Shown here one piece after another: positions 45,595 to 55,140 of a stretch of 64,000 bases of DNA (position 1 is its first letter; each line of letters starts with the position of its first letter). Origin of the DNA: an uncultured Clostridium sp. (GTDB lineage: Bacteria > Bacillota > Clostridia > Christensenellales > CAG-138); contig CAZTFU010000001.1 in the NCBI GenBank assembly GCA_964612925.1, positions 14,384 through 78,383 on the forward strand, written 5' to 3'. Made by a program: the position numbers and the translations under genes. Below the pieces are notes generated by a model that made no database searches, had not been told where the DNA came from, and saw only the letters and a program-made list of their open reading frames with translations.

Positions 45595-46537
45595 TTCTAA
45601 GTATATTCTTGAAGTGAAAAACCTTTGCCAGACGTTTACCTCCGGCAAGGGCAAGAAGAAGATAACCGTTAAAGCGGTTGATGACGTAAGCTTTGGCATT
45701 TATCCCGCCGAAACATTCGGCTTGGTCGGTGAATCGGGCTGCGGCAAGACCACTACCGGTCGTACCATTATAAGGCTGTATGATCCCACTTCAGGCGAAA
45801 TGTATTTCAACGGCGAAGAAATAAGCGGCAAAATGACAAAGAAGCTGCGCCGCTATCTTACTGACAATATCGCCATGATATTCCAGGATCCGATAGAATC
45901 GCTGAATCCGCGTATGACGATAGAAGAAATCGTTGGCGAGGGTTTGAAGGTTCGCGGCATCACCGATCCCGATGAAGTGCGCAGTCGTGTTGTGGCAATG
46001 CTTAAAAAGGTTGGCTTGACCGAGGAACATGCTACCCGCTATCCGCATGAGTTTTCGGGCGGTCAGCGTCAGCGTATAGGTATAGCCCGTGCCATAATCA
46101 CCGAGCCTAAGCTTATAATAGCGGACGAACCGGTCAGTGCGCTTGACGTGTCCATTCAGGCACAGGTCATAAACCTGCTGAACGATCTTAAAGAGGAAAT
46201 GGGACTTACGGTTCTGTTTGTAGCGCATAACCTGTCCGTCGTTAAGTACATATCCGACCGTATCGGCGTTATGTATTACGGCAAGCTGGTTGAGGTTGCA
46301 AACGGAAAGGATCTCTATGAGCATCCGTTGCACCCATACACAAGGGCTTTGCTTTCCGCAATTCCCGAACCCAATCCGCTGACGGAGCGTACCCGCAAGC
46401 GTATCGACTACGATCCCAAGCGTGACCATGATTACTCAGAAGAAAAGCCGAGCATGGTTGAGGTGGAAGAGGGTCACTTTGTGTACTGCTCGCCATCCGA
46501 ACTTGAAAGGTTCAGGGCTGAGCTTGCCGCCAAATAA
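45587..46537 (+). CDS. ABC transporter ATP-binding protein (OppF/DppF-like)
   Basis: Walker [10 protein letters not shown], signature FSGGQRQR, Walker [12 protein letters not shown]. It overlaps the upstream gene by 8 nt. Confidence 0.93.
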   Translation: MADSKYILEVKNLCQTFTSGKGKKKITVKAVDDVSFGIYPAETFGLVGESGCGKTTTGRTIIRLYDPTSGEMYFNGEEISGKMTKKLRRYLTDNIAMIFQDPIESLNPRMTIEEIVGEGLKVRGITDPDEVRSRVVAMLKKVGLTEEHATRYPHEFSGGQRQRIGIARAIITEPKLIIADEPVSALDVSIQAQVINLLNDLKEEMGLTVLFVAHNLSVVKYISDRIGVMYYGKLVEVANGKDLYEHPLHPYTRALLSAIPEPNPLTERTRKRIDYDPKRDHDYSEEKPSMVEVEEGHFVYCSPSELERFRAELAAK

Positions 46538-46553
46538 TCATATTTGGAGTTTT

Positions 46554-46590
46554 CCCCGATATCGCTTTGGTATCGGGGATTTTGTATTTA
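46554..46590 (+). terminator. intrinsic terminator of the ABC operon
   Basis: CCCCGATA-9 nt-TATCGGGG followed by ATTTTGTATTT. Confidence 0.75.
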
Positions 46591-46758
46591 ATAAAGTTAG
46601 GTTAAGCCAATGTTATGCCGATGAGCCCTAAAAACCCTATTATATAAGCTACAGTCAACCATAAACATTAGTATACAGTAGGCCGATTAAGAGAATCAAA
46701 AGATAGAATGTTTCCTTTTAGAAGGTCTATTATGGAGTTGCAAGTGCAATAGTATCTG

Positions 46759-46793
46759 AAAATAAAAATAGGCGGAGTGGATTTACTCCGCCT
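46759..46793 (-). terminator. intrinsic terminator after the P-II-like gene
   Basis: Minus-strand RNA forms AGGCGGAGU-AAAUCC-ACUCCGCCU followed by AUUUUUAUUUU. Confidence 0.8.
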
Positions 46794-46812
46794 TTACGCA
46801 TTTTAGCTTATG

Positions 46813-47517
46813 TTATGCATCGCTTTGCTCTGGCTCAAGACTCCTAAGTCCTACCATGCTGTCCACGGGAAGGGAGAACATCACGGTCTGTGCCTCCGTA
46901 TTGATTCCGGCCTTTTCCATTATGGCATGCATTATTTTGTCCTTCTCGGATTTAAGCGTAAGTATGTACACTATTTCCTTTTCATTGCTGATCGAAAGCC
47001 CGAAGAACTTTGCTTTGGCTCCGGGGGCCGTTCCGCGTGCGTTTATAACGGTGCCACCGCGTGCGCCCGCACTGCGCGCTGCATCCATAACGGCATCCGT
47101 GTTGCCCTTTGCGGCGATAGCTACTATAAGAGAATACTTGATATCAGTCATCTTTTTCACCTCGTTAGATGTAGTTTCGGTTGGGGCCGTTTGCCCTTTT
47201 GTAAGATAATTAAAACTGGAGATTCCGCCAACACTGCCTACGGGTATGCTCATGGCTATACCGTTGCCCGGAACCTCTATACCCATAACGTCCACAAGCC
47301 GTCGCAGTATCTTTTTAATATAGCTTGACGGGACGAATGCTTGAAGCAGCACCTTTTCAACCTTTTCAAGCCCAAGATAGTCAAGCAGACTTTTGCTTGC
47401 TGTGCCGTGGCATAGACTTGCAAATTGAGCCTCTATGCCCATGCTCTTTAACATGTTCAGGTAGGATTCATATTGGTCGCGCTTTACAATGCAAAGCAAC
47501 ATACTGTAATCCATCAT
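46813..47517 (-). CDS. tandem P-II-like domain protein
   Basis: Two beta-alpha-beta halves are present (LLCIVKRDQYESYLNMLKSMGIE... and YSLIVAIAAKGNTDAVMDAARSAGARGGTVINARG...). The start ATG overlaps the TGA of the upstream DUF1538-like gene. Confidence 0.75.
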   Translation of the reverse strand: MMDYSMLLCIVKRDQYESYLNMLKSMGIEAQFASLCHGTASKSLLDYLGLEKVEKVLLQAFVPSSYIKKILRRLVDVMGIEVPGNGIAMSIPVGSVGGISSFNYLTKGQTAPTETTSNEVKKMTDIKYSLIVAIAAKGNTDAVMDAARSAGARGGTVINARGTAPGAKAKFFGLSISNEKEIVYILTLKSEKDKIMHAIMEKAGINTEAQTVMFSLPVDSMVGLRSLEPEQSDA

Positions 47518-49046
47518 GCGTCTCCCTCCATTTCTATAATGTCCTCAACAGCAACATCCGCATCGGCAATCTTTGCATTGATACCGGTCTTAATGCGGAA
47601 TATAACTCCGAGTATTTGTATTGTTATAAGCGGAGTCATTGCAACCATTGCAACGATTCCGAAAGCATCCGTTGAAATGTCACCGCCCACGGCAGAGCAA
47701 ACGCCCATTGCAAGCGGCAGAAGGAAGGTTGCCGTCATGGGTCCGCTTGCAACGCCGCCCGAGTCAAAAGCAATTGCAGTGAACATCGGCGGGACAAAGA
47801 ATGAAAGCAGTAGTGATATGGCGTAACCAGGTACAAGCAAATACATTATGGGCAGGCCCGTAAGAATACGCACCATCGCAAGACCGACCGATACACAAAC
47901 ACCTATCGAAAGGCTTGTGCTCAGTGCCTTTTTGGGTATCATGCCGTTTGTAAGCTCGTATACCTGCTTATTCAGAACGTGTACCGCAGGCTCAGCCGCG
48001 ACAATGAAATAGCCCATCAGCATTCCTATCGGCACGACTATCCAGTTGTTTTCAAGCAAGCCAAGCTCTTTTCCTATAAGACTGCCCATGGGCATGAAAC
48101 CGACATTAACGCCTGTAAGGAAGATTACAAGGCCGATAAATGTATATACAAGACCAACGGATATCCTTATTAGCCTATCCTTTTTCAACTTTATGGAAAA
48201 GATTTGGAAAAGTATAAAGAACACCACTATGGGTGAAAGCGCAAGCACAACCTCTTTCAAATAATAGGGCATGGAATCCTTGAAGTAATCCCATAACGCC
48301 TTTGTATCCTCAAAAACGGGAATCACGGTGGAACTGTACGCCGCATCACCTGTGGGCTTGAATATAAGACCGAGTATAAGTACTGACAGAATAGGCCCTA
48401 TTGAGCAAAGTGCCACAAGACCAAAGCTGTCCTGTTCGGCGTTTTTGTCGGTTCGTATGGAGGCAGCACCAACGCCGAGTGCCATTATGAACGGCACCGT
48501 CATGGGACCCGTAGTCACGCCGCCAGAATCAAACGCAACGGCAAGAAACTCTTTTGGAACGAAAATCGCAAGAATAAATACAACCGCATAAAAACCTATT
48601 AAGAGATAATTAAGCGGCACCTTGAACACTATGCGAAGCATTGCAATTACAAGGAATACGCCAACGCCAACGGCTACCGTTATGATTATTGTCATATTCG
48701 GAATGTTGGGAACCTGTTCGGCAAGCACCTGCAAATCAGGCTCTGCAATGGTTATTATTATGCCGACTATAAGGCTTATAAGCACAATGAACCAAAGCTT
48801 TCTTGAACGTGTAATAGCGGAGCCCACTTCGCTGCCGATAGGTGTCATTGCAAGGTCCGTGCCAAGCGTGAATAAACCCATGCCGAGAATAAGCATGATT
48901 GCACCGAGTATAAAAGAAATAAGAATGTCCGTCGGCACAGGTACAACCGTGAAGCACAGCACGAAAACAATGGCCGTTATCGGCAACACGGAAGCAAGCG
49001 ATTCCTTTAGTTTTTCAAATAAGATCGTTTTGTTGCTTTTTAGCAC
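47514..49046 (-). CDS. internally duplicated polytopic membrane protein (DUF1538-like)
   Basis: 510 aa. The repeated motifs are AFDSGGVTTGPMTVPFIMALGVG and AFDSGGVASGPMTATFLLPLAMG. AAGGAGGA RBS. Confidence 0.8.
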   Translation of the reverse strand: MLKSNKTILFEKLKESLASVLPITAIVFVLCFTVVPVPTDILISFILGAIMLILGMGLFTLGTDLAMTPIGSEVGSAITRSRKLWFIVLISLIVGIIITIAEPDLQVLAEQVPNIPNMTIIITVAVGVGVFLVIAMLRIVFKVPLNYLLIGFYAVVFILAIFVPKEFLAVAFDSGGVTTGPMTVPFIMALGVGAASIRTDKNAEQDSFGLVALCSIGPILSVLILGLIFKPTGDAAYSSTVIPVFEDTKALWDYFKDSMPYYLKEVVLALSPIVVFFILFQIFSIKLKKDRLIRISVGLVYTFIGLVIFLTGVNVGFMPMGSLIGKELGLLENNWIVVPIGMLMGYFIVAAEPAVHVLNKQVYELTNGMIPKKALSTSLSIGVCVSVGLAMVRILTGLPIMYLLVPGYAISLLLSFFVPPMFTAIAFDSGGVASGPMTATFLLPLAMGVCSAVGGDISTDAFGIVAMVAMTPLITIQILGVIFRIKTGINAKIADADVAVEDIIEMEGDA

Positions 49047-49164
49047 TAATTATCCTCCTTTTGAATTATTGTTTGTCAGCTTTTATGCTACCATATATTA
49101 GTTTAACATAACTTATGCTTATGCGCTATCCATAAAATTAGGATATTCGGTGAAACATAGGAAA

Positions 49165-49208
49165 CAAAACCGAAAAAAGCGACTGCATCCGCGTTTGGGT
49201 GCAGCCGC
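49165..49208 (-). terminator. intrinsic terminator after the NhaC-family gene
   Basis: Minus-strand RNA forms GCGGCUGCACCC-AAACGC-GGAUGCAGUCGC (imperfect 12 bp stem) followed by U6. Confidence 0.7.
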
Positions 49209-49248
49209 AATTGTCAATCAAGTCGAAAGAAAACCTGATACGCTAAGA

Positions 49249-50994
49249 TTAAGCTTCCTTAGCCTCGGTAAGGGCTCTGTTTGCCTCGGCCATTTCTTCG
49301 AATATACCTGCGTTCTTCTTGGCAACTACCTTCTTGATAACAAGCAGAGTAGCTACCATAAGTGCTACGGCTATGGTAAGGTTAATCCAAACATTCTGGA
49401 TAAGACCCGCAAGTATGAAGCTTACAAAGGACACCGCGGTAACGGTAATTGCATAAGGCAGCTGAGTGAATACGTGATTCAGGTGGAAGCAGTGTGCACC
49501 TGCGCTTGCCATGATGGTGGTATCGGAAATGGGGGAGCAATGGTCGCCCATAACGCCGCCGGAGCAGGCCGCCGCAAGACCGATGGTACAGAGTACGGGT
49601 TCAACACTGTAATCGAACACGGAAACGACTATCGGAGCCATTATGCCTATCGTGCCCCAAGAGGTACCGGTTGCAAAGCCGATGAGTGCGCCGATTAGGA
49701 ATATAACGGCGGGCAGGAATACCTTGAGTTCGCCTGCGTTTGCCATTGCCGCCTTAACGAACTCGGCAGAGTACATGGCATAGCGGGTGAAGGAGCAAAG
49801 CGTCCATGCGAATGTAAGTATAAGTATCGGAGCGATCATCTGAATGAAGCCCTGCGGTACGGATTCCATGCTCTTCTCAAACGTGAATGCGCCGCGGATC
49901 CAGAAATAGATGAACGTGAATACGAGCGCTATCATGCCGCCGAGGGCAAGTGCAACACCCGCATCGGCATTGGAGAAGGCGGTTATGAAATCATGATAGC
50001 AATCACTTTCGATATCAAAGTAGCCGCCGGAGAATACCAGTGCGATAACGCATACGATTATCAGCACAACAACGGGCAGGAGCAGATCGAGTACGGAGGA
50101 TTTGCCGTTTGCGGGCTTTTCGTAATCGTCGGCACCTTCGAAGGGACGTTCGGGAGTGGTGAACAGATCATCCTTTACCTGAGCATTGTATTCATGCTTA
50201 AGCATGGGACCAAAGTCGAGGTTGATAAGTGCGCATACGACCATCATCAGTATGGTCAGCAGGCAGTAATAATTCCAAGGAATCTGGCGAACAAACAGCT
50301 CAATACCGTTTATGTCGGCAGTGGTGACATAACCGGATATTGCCGCCGCCCAAGAGGAAACGGGAGCAATCATGCACACAGGTGCCGCGGTGGCATCGAT
50401 TATGTATGCAAGCTTTGCACGGCTTATCTTGTGGCTTTCGGTAACGGGGCGCATAACTGCACCGACGGTCAAGCAGTTAAAGTAGTCGTCGATGAAGATA
50501 AGTACGCCGAGAAGCATGGTGAGCAACTGAGCCGAGCAGCGGGTCTTAACGGCCTTCTTTGCCCAGCGGCCGAATGCTTCACTACCGCCGCCCTTATTCA
50601 TCAGGTCAACCATTATGCCGAGCACTACCAAGAACACGATTATACCCATGTTATAGCTGTCCGCAAGTACGGATACGATACCGTAGTTTGCGCCGACAAG
50701 CTCAACTATGGTGTTCCATGGATTGAACTGCGTGTAGAGCAGTGCGCCGACCAAGCAGCCGAGGAACAGGGAAGAATAAACTTCCTTACTTATGAGTGCG
50801 AGTACGATTGCCACTATCGGCGGCAGCAGGGACCAGAAAGTGCCTGCGAAGGGGGTTTCTGCCTGAACTGTTTCACCGTCTACTTCAAAAGTAGGCAGTG
50901 CTGCATCCTTATAGCTTATACCGAGTGCTACCAACAGTATCACAAATACGGCACACGCTACAAAATAGGCGATTCTTGTACCTTTTTTCTCCAT
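49249..50994 (-). CDS. NhaC-family Na+/H+ antiporter-type transporter
   Basis: FWSLLPPIVAIVLALISKEVYSSLFLGCLVGALLY and about 12 TM segments. ATG 50994 is preceded by AAGGAGG; the track ORF extends to 51072. Confidence 0.85.
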   Translation of the reverse strand: MEKKGTRIAYFVACAVFVILLVALGISYKDAALPTFEVDGETVQAETPFAGTFWSLLPPIVAIVLALISKEVYSSLFLGCLVGALLYTQFNPWNTIVELVGANYGIVSVLADSYNMGIIVFLVVLGIMVDLMNKGGGSEAFGRWAKKAVKTRCSAQLLTMLLGVLIFIDDYFNCLTVGAVMRPVTESHKISRAKLAYIIDATAAPVCMIAPVSSWAAAISGYVTTADINGIELFVRQIPWNYYCLLTILMMVVCALINLDFGPMLKHEYNAQVKDDLFTTPERPFEGADDYEKPANGKSSVLDLLLPVVVLIIVCVIALVFSGGYFDIESDCYHDFITAFSNADAGVALALGGMIALVFTFIYFWIRGAFTFEKSMESVPQGFIQMIAPILILTFAWTLCSFTRYAMYSAEFVKAAMANAGELKVFLPAVIFLIGALIGFATGTSWGTIGIMAPIVVSVFDYSVEPVLCTIGLAAACSGGVMGDHCSPISDTTIMASAGAHCFHLNHVFTQLPYAITVTAVSFVSFILAGLIQNVWINLTIAVALMVATLLVIKKVVAKKNAGIFEEMAEANRALTEAKEA

Positions 50995-51107
50995 TAAATA
51001 GGTCCTCCTTATATTGCGGGAATGGAAACCCGCGTTTATGCCCCTTGTTAAAAAGGGGAAACCTAAAATCAAACTGTATTAATGCTGCCTTTACCGTGTA
51101 TACATGT

Positions 51108-51136
51108 ATTTTAACAAAATCTAAATGAATTGTAAA
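51108..51136 (-). promoter_or_regulatory. candidate sigma-A promoter for the NhaC-family gene
   Basis: Minus strand reads TTTACA (51131-51136) - 17 nt - TAAAAT (51108-51113). This gives a leader of about 100 nt. Confidence 0.45.
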
Positions 51137-51299
51137 CACATAGTGACACGATTATTTTGCAAATGTGACCATAAAATTTGTACGGCATGCAAAAAAGCAA
51201 GCATTTTGGGTGAAAACCGGGTTAAAAATAAAATCCAGCTCGTCTAATAAACTCTAATGATGTTATAAGATAAAATGTACTTAACATTGATTAACTTAT

Positions 51300-51336
51300 T
51301 ATATAAATAAGGAAGCATACAAATTTATGCTTCCTT
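51300..51336 (-). terminator. intrinsic terminator after the surface-protein gene
   Basis: Perfect 11 bp stem AAGGAAGCATA-6 nt-TATGCTTCCTT (51309-51336). On the minus strand it is followed by AUUUAUAUAAU. Confidence 0.7.
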
Positions 51337-51358
51337 AACTTATGTTCGGTGTCAGATA

Positions 51359-53029
51359 TCAGCGGATGCGAGTATCCTCGTTGGGCACATCCTTTTTTTC
51401 GGTCGGGTGGGTAGAGGATATTCTTGTTGAACCGAGGGCTTCATCTGCGGCCGAATTTGTGTGCGAATGTAACGCGGCTTGCCTGCGGGCATCCTCCTCA
51501 AGCTGTTCGCGCATACGCTTTTGCCTTTGAGCGCGGCGGCGGGCTATACGTTTGCGTTCCTCTTTTTCCTGATGATCCAGTATTATAAGCGCAATACCCG
51601 CTATAACGGTAAGGATTATCAGCACTATAAGCACGGTGCGCAATGCGGACGATATAGAGCTTCCCACATCGTTTAGCACATCCTCCTCGGTAGTTACTAT
51701 GGGGGTAGCGGAGGGGGCGGCCTCAACCCCAACGTAATCCGCCTTTATGTACGTATTATAAGTATATACATTGCCCGAAGGATCCTCAATTTCGAGCGTA
51801 AAAGCAAGATCACGTGGTTCACCAAGGCTCATTTTTTGATTTATGGTTTGTGTGCCGCGCGGTACGCTTTCGAGTATATAGAGCGTACCATATTCTCTTT
51901 CCGTAAGGGTAAGGTTCTGCATATCAATGCTACCCGTGTTTTCAACGATGAAGTTGAGGCTTATCGATCCCGTAGAGTCAAGCGGGGATGCTACTTCCGC
52001 CGAGAAGGAAATACCTATAAGCGAAGGATCTATATACTCCTTTACGGCAAATGATTTTGTATGGTCGGAATAATTGGTATTGGTTGCATCTATTCCCGAT
52101 ATGTTGAACACAACATTGCGTGCCTCGGTGGTGGGCACGGTGTATGTAAGCGTTCTGCTTTCACCTATGGCAAGACTTATAGCATCTGAATTTACGGAAT
52201 TGCCAAGCTCATCCGTCACCTTTATTTTGCTTATGCGCTGGTTGCCGTTATTTGTAAGAATAATGGTAAAGGTCTGGCCTTCCTCCGTTGCCGTACCCTG
52301 AGTAACTTCAACGGATATTTTTGAGTTGACCATACCGAGCGTCTTTTCGCTGCCGCTAACGCTTACTATAGTACCATCGGAACCGGTGAAGCTGACCACG
52401 GGAGCACTTACAACGGTTGACGAACCCATGGTATATTCATATATAAATGTATACGGAGTACCGGGTTCTACCGTGATATCGGTCGCAATCGGCGTGCGGC
52501 CCGCTATTTCTTTATCCGTAAGGCTTATTCCCGAAATGGGGGACACGCCTGAATTGGTTATGGTGTATGTAAGTGTGATGGTATCCCCGCGAGAGGCCTG
52601 TGAAGAACTTGCCTTAACGGAAACGCTCAATGCAGCCTCCGCCGCGTTTACGCCGCCGTTAAGTATTGTAACCGCCGCGGAAGAAACCTTGGCTTCACCG
52701 TTTTCAATCCACGCTATATCAAAAACAATGGGCTGACCGAGAAGCGAAGCGGGGATGGAAACGTTCTGGCTGAATGTGGTTGTTTCACCCGATGCTATGG
52801 TAACGCCGTTCGTCTCGAAAAAACGGGTACCGCTGTTTGTAATGGTAATATTCTCCATTGCGTATGAAGAATCGTTGGCTATGGATATGCTAAGCTGTAC
52901 GCTTCCGCCTTCGGTGCCCAATGCGCCCGGATTTGAAAAAATGTTTATCGATGCGGCCGAAGCTACACTGCCTATAAGCATACATATAACTGCCAATATG
53001 CAGGTAAGGGCTCTTTTAGTGTTTTTCAT
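51359..53029 (-). CDS. membrane-anchored cell-surface protein with about four beta-sandwich (CARDB/DUF11-like) repeats
   Basis: Signal peptide MKNTKRALTCILAVICMLIGSVASA. Recurring repeat signatures are ITITNSG / YTITNSGVSPISGISLTD / ILTNNGNQRISKIKVTD / VENTGSIDMQNLTLTE. C-terminal TM segment LIVLIILTVIAGIALIIL is followed by an Arg/Glu-rich tail. Confidence 0.75.
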   Translation of the reverse strand: MKNTKRALTCILAVICMLIGSVASAASINIFSNPGALGTEGGSVQLSISIANDSSYAMENITITNSGTRFFETNGVTIASGETTTFSQNVSIPASLLGQPIVFDIAWIENGEAKVSSAAVTILNGGVNAAEAALSVSVKASSSQASRGDTITLTYTITNSGVSPISGISLTDKEIAGRTPIATDITVEPGTPYTFIYEYTMGSSTVVSAPVVSFTGSDGTIVSVSGSEKTLGMVNSKISVEVTQGTATEEGQTFTIILTNNGNQRISKIKVTDELGNSVNSDAISLAIGESRTLTYTVPTTEARNVVFNISGIDATNTNYSDHTKSFAVKEYIDPSLIGISFSAEVASPLDSTGSISLNFIVENTGSIDMQNLTLTEREYGTLYILESVPRGTQTINQKMSLGEPRDLAFTLEIEDPSGNVYTYNTYIKADYVGVEAAPSATPIVTTEEDVLNDVGSSISSALRTVLIVLIILTVIAGIALIILDHQEKEERKRIARRRAQRQKRMREQLEEDARRQAALHSHTNSAADEALGSTRISSTHPTEKKDVPNEDTRIR

Positions 53030-53160
53030 CTATCTGTATACCTCAAATGCTTTATGCTCGGAAAACCGATACATATTTCATTATAGCCTAAAACATGGCC
53101 GAATGCCATAGCGGAGGGCAATAAGTTTCATTAAATTTAATATTTGCCGACAAGGGGACG

Positions 53161-53790
53161 TTATTGGCGCAATGTAAGCTCACATTCGCCGCACGTTTGC
53201 GGGGTACAGCGGCCGTCGGTACGCTCGATAACGGCCTTTATAAGCTCTTCGGCATAATCGCTTGCACAGCTTATTTTAAGCATCACATCATCCGCAAACT
53301 CGGTTTCGACTATTTCGGCTTCCGACTTGGCAATAAGGCTTTCTATCGCGCCATAACGGGAATAATCACACCTTAATCGGATAAGCGTTCCGGGGATATG
53401 CTTTTCCGAACCCGCGGAATTTACTGCATCGGCCGCTCCCGATGAATAGGCCCTGACAAGTCCGCCGGTGCCGAGCAATATACCGCCGAAGTAACGTGTT
53501 ACCGTGCAAAGCACATATGTAAGCTCATTTGCCTTTAACACATCAAGTATGGGTATGCCCGCCGTGCCTGATGGTTCGCCGGCATCGCTGAAACGTGTTG
53601 TTTCGCTTAGCTCGCCTATTCTGTAGGCGTAACAAACGTGCGTTGCATCGGAATACTGCTTTCTGACCTCGGCAAGCTTATTCAGTGCCTCTTCTTCGCT
53701 CCTGACGGGAAAACACTGAGATATGAAGCGGGAGCGGTTTATTATCCGCTCCGCTTTTGATTCTTTCTGTACTGTTTTATACGGCCGCAT
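53161..53790 (-). CDS. yigZ: YigZ/IMPACT-family protein
   Basis: SRFISQCFPV...DATHVCYAYRIG...SDAGEPSGTAGIPIL. Confidence 0.88.
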   Translation of the reverse strand: MRPYKTVQKESKAERIINRSRFISQCFPVRSEEEALNKLAEVRKQYSDATHVCYAYRIGELSETTRFSDAGEPSGTAGIPILDVLKANELTYVLCTVTRYFGGILLGTGGLVRAYSSGAADAVNSAGSEKHIPGTLIRLRCDYSRYGAIESLIAKSEAEIVETEFADDVMLKISCASDYAEELIKAVIERTDGRCTPQTCGECELTLRQ

Positions 53791-53796
53791 GGTGCG

Positions 53797-55023
53797 TTAT
53801 CCCTTTATAACGCGCAGGAAGCCCTTCTTGCCCTTTTTAAGGATTATTCCGCCTTCAAGTGCGGCAGGATCGGCCGCAGCGTATACGTCGGAAACCTTAA
53901 CGTCGTTCATCAGCACGCCACCTCCCTCTATCGTGCGGCGGGCATCGCTCTTGCTGGTGCAAAGCTTACCAAGCACAAGAAGATCGGTTACGCGAAGTCC
54001 CGTGGATTCAATCTGTTCCGCACTAAGCTTTATCGTGGGCATATGTTCAATATCACCGCCGCCGCCAAACAGAGCCTCGGCGGCCTGCTTAGCCTTGTTC
54101 GCTTCCTCTTCGCCGTGTACCTGAGCGGTAAGTGTGTATGCAAGTATCTTCTTTGCTTCGTTTATGTTTGCCGTGGGCGCAGTGAGGGCTTTTATTTCGT
54201 CAATGGGCATAAAGGTAAGCATCTTGAAGCAGTTTTCTACGCCATTGTCGTCAACATTGCGCCAGTACTGGTAGAAATCATAGGGGCTGGTCTTTGCGGG
54301 ATCAAGCCACAGGGCACCCTTTTCGGTTTTGCCCATCTTCTTGCCTTCGCTTGTTGCAAGAAGACCCGTGGTGAGTGCAAATGCCGCGTGCTGCTCCTTA
54401 CGGCGGATAAGATCGGCACCCGCAAGAATATTGCTCCACTGGTCGTCACCGCCCATTTCAAGCACGCAACCGTGCTTTTTGTGCAACATCAGGAAGTCAT
54501 AGCTCTGCATGAGCATATAGCCCATTTCAAAGAATGTAAGGCCGCGTTCCATACGCTGCTTATAGCATTCGGCGGCAAGCATTCTGTTTACGCTGAAAAG
54601 TGAACCTATGTCACGCATAAACTCAAGGAAGTTGAGTGAATGGAGCCATTCGGCGTTGTTTTCGACTATTGCGGCATTTTCACCCTCAAAGCTGAGGACG
54701 TGCGCCATCTGCTTCTGGAAGCAGGAAGCGTTGTGCTGTATCTCCTCGGTGGTCATCATGCGGCGCATATCGGTTTTGCCGGAAGGGTCGCCTATATATG
54801 CCGTACCGCCGCCAAGCAGAACTATGGGCCTATGGCCGGCGCGCTGCATGTGAGCCATTGTCATAAGCGCAACATAATGGCCAATGTGCAGACTGTCAGC
54901 TGTCGGGTCAAAGCCAATGTAGAAGGTGAGCCTTTCCTTGCCCATAAGTTCCCTTAATTCTTCGGGATGTGAGCATTGCTTTACAAGGCCGCGCTCTTCA
55001 AGAATATCATATGCGTTCTTCAT
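53797..55023 (-). CDS. tyrS: tyrosine--tRNA ligase
   Basis: FDPTADSLHIGHY (HIGH motif), KMGKT (KMSKS motif) and a C-terminal S4-like domain. ATG 55023 is preceded by GAGGAG. Confidence 0.95.
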   Translation of the reverse strand: MKNAYDILEERGLVKQCSHPEELRELMGKERLTFYIGFDPTADSLHIGHYVALMTMAHMQRAGHRPIVLLGGGTAYIGDPSGKTDMRRMMTTEEIQHNASCFQKQMAHVLSFEGENAAIVENNAEWLHSLNFLEFMRDIGSLFSVNRMLAAECYKQRMERGLTFFEMGYMLMQSYDFLMLHKKHGCVLEMGGDDQWSNILAGADLIRRKEQHAAFALTTGLLATSEGKKMGKTEKGALWLDPAKTSPYDFYQYWRNVDDNGVENCFKMLTFMPIDEIKALTAPTANINEAKKILAYTLTAQVHGEEEANKAKQAAEALFGGGGDIEHMPTIKLSAEQIESTGLRVTDLLVLGKLCTSKSDARRTIEGGGVLMNDVKVSDVYAAADPAALEGGIILKKGKKGFLRVIKG

Positions 55024-55140
55024 AAAAAGTCTCCTCAAAAACTTTATTTCATCATGTTTATACCCCGACCCACTTATATTGAGCCAAAGTATAGAGATAG
55101 TGTATCATTTTTTGCCGTATTTAGCAATAATGCAAATGCT

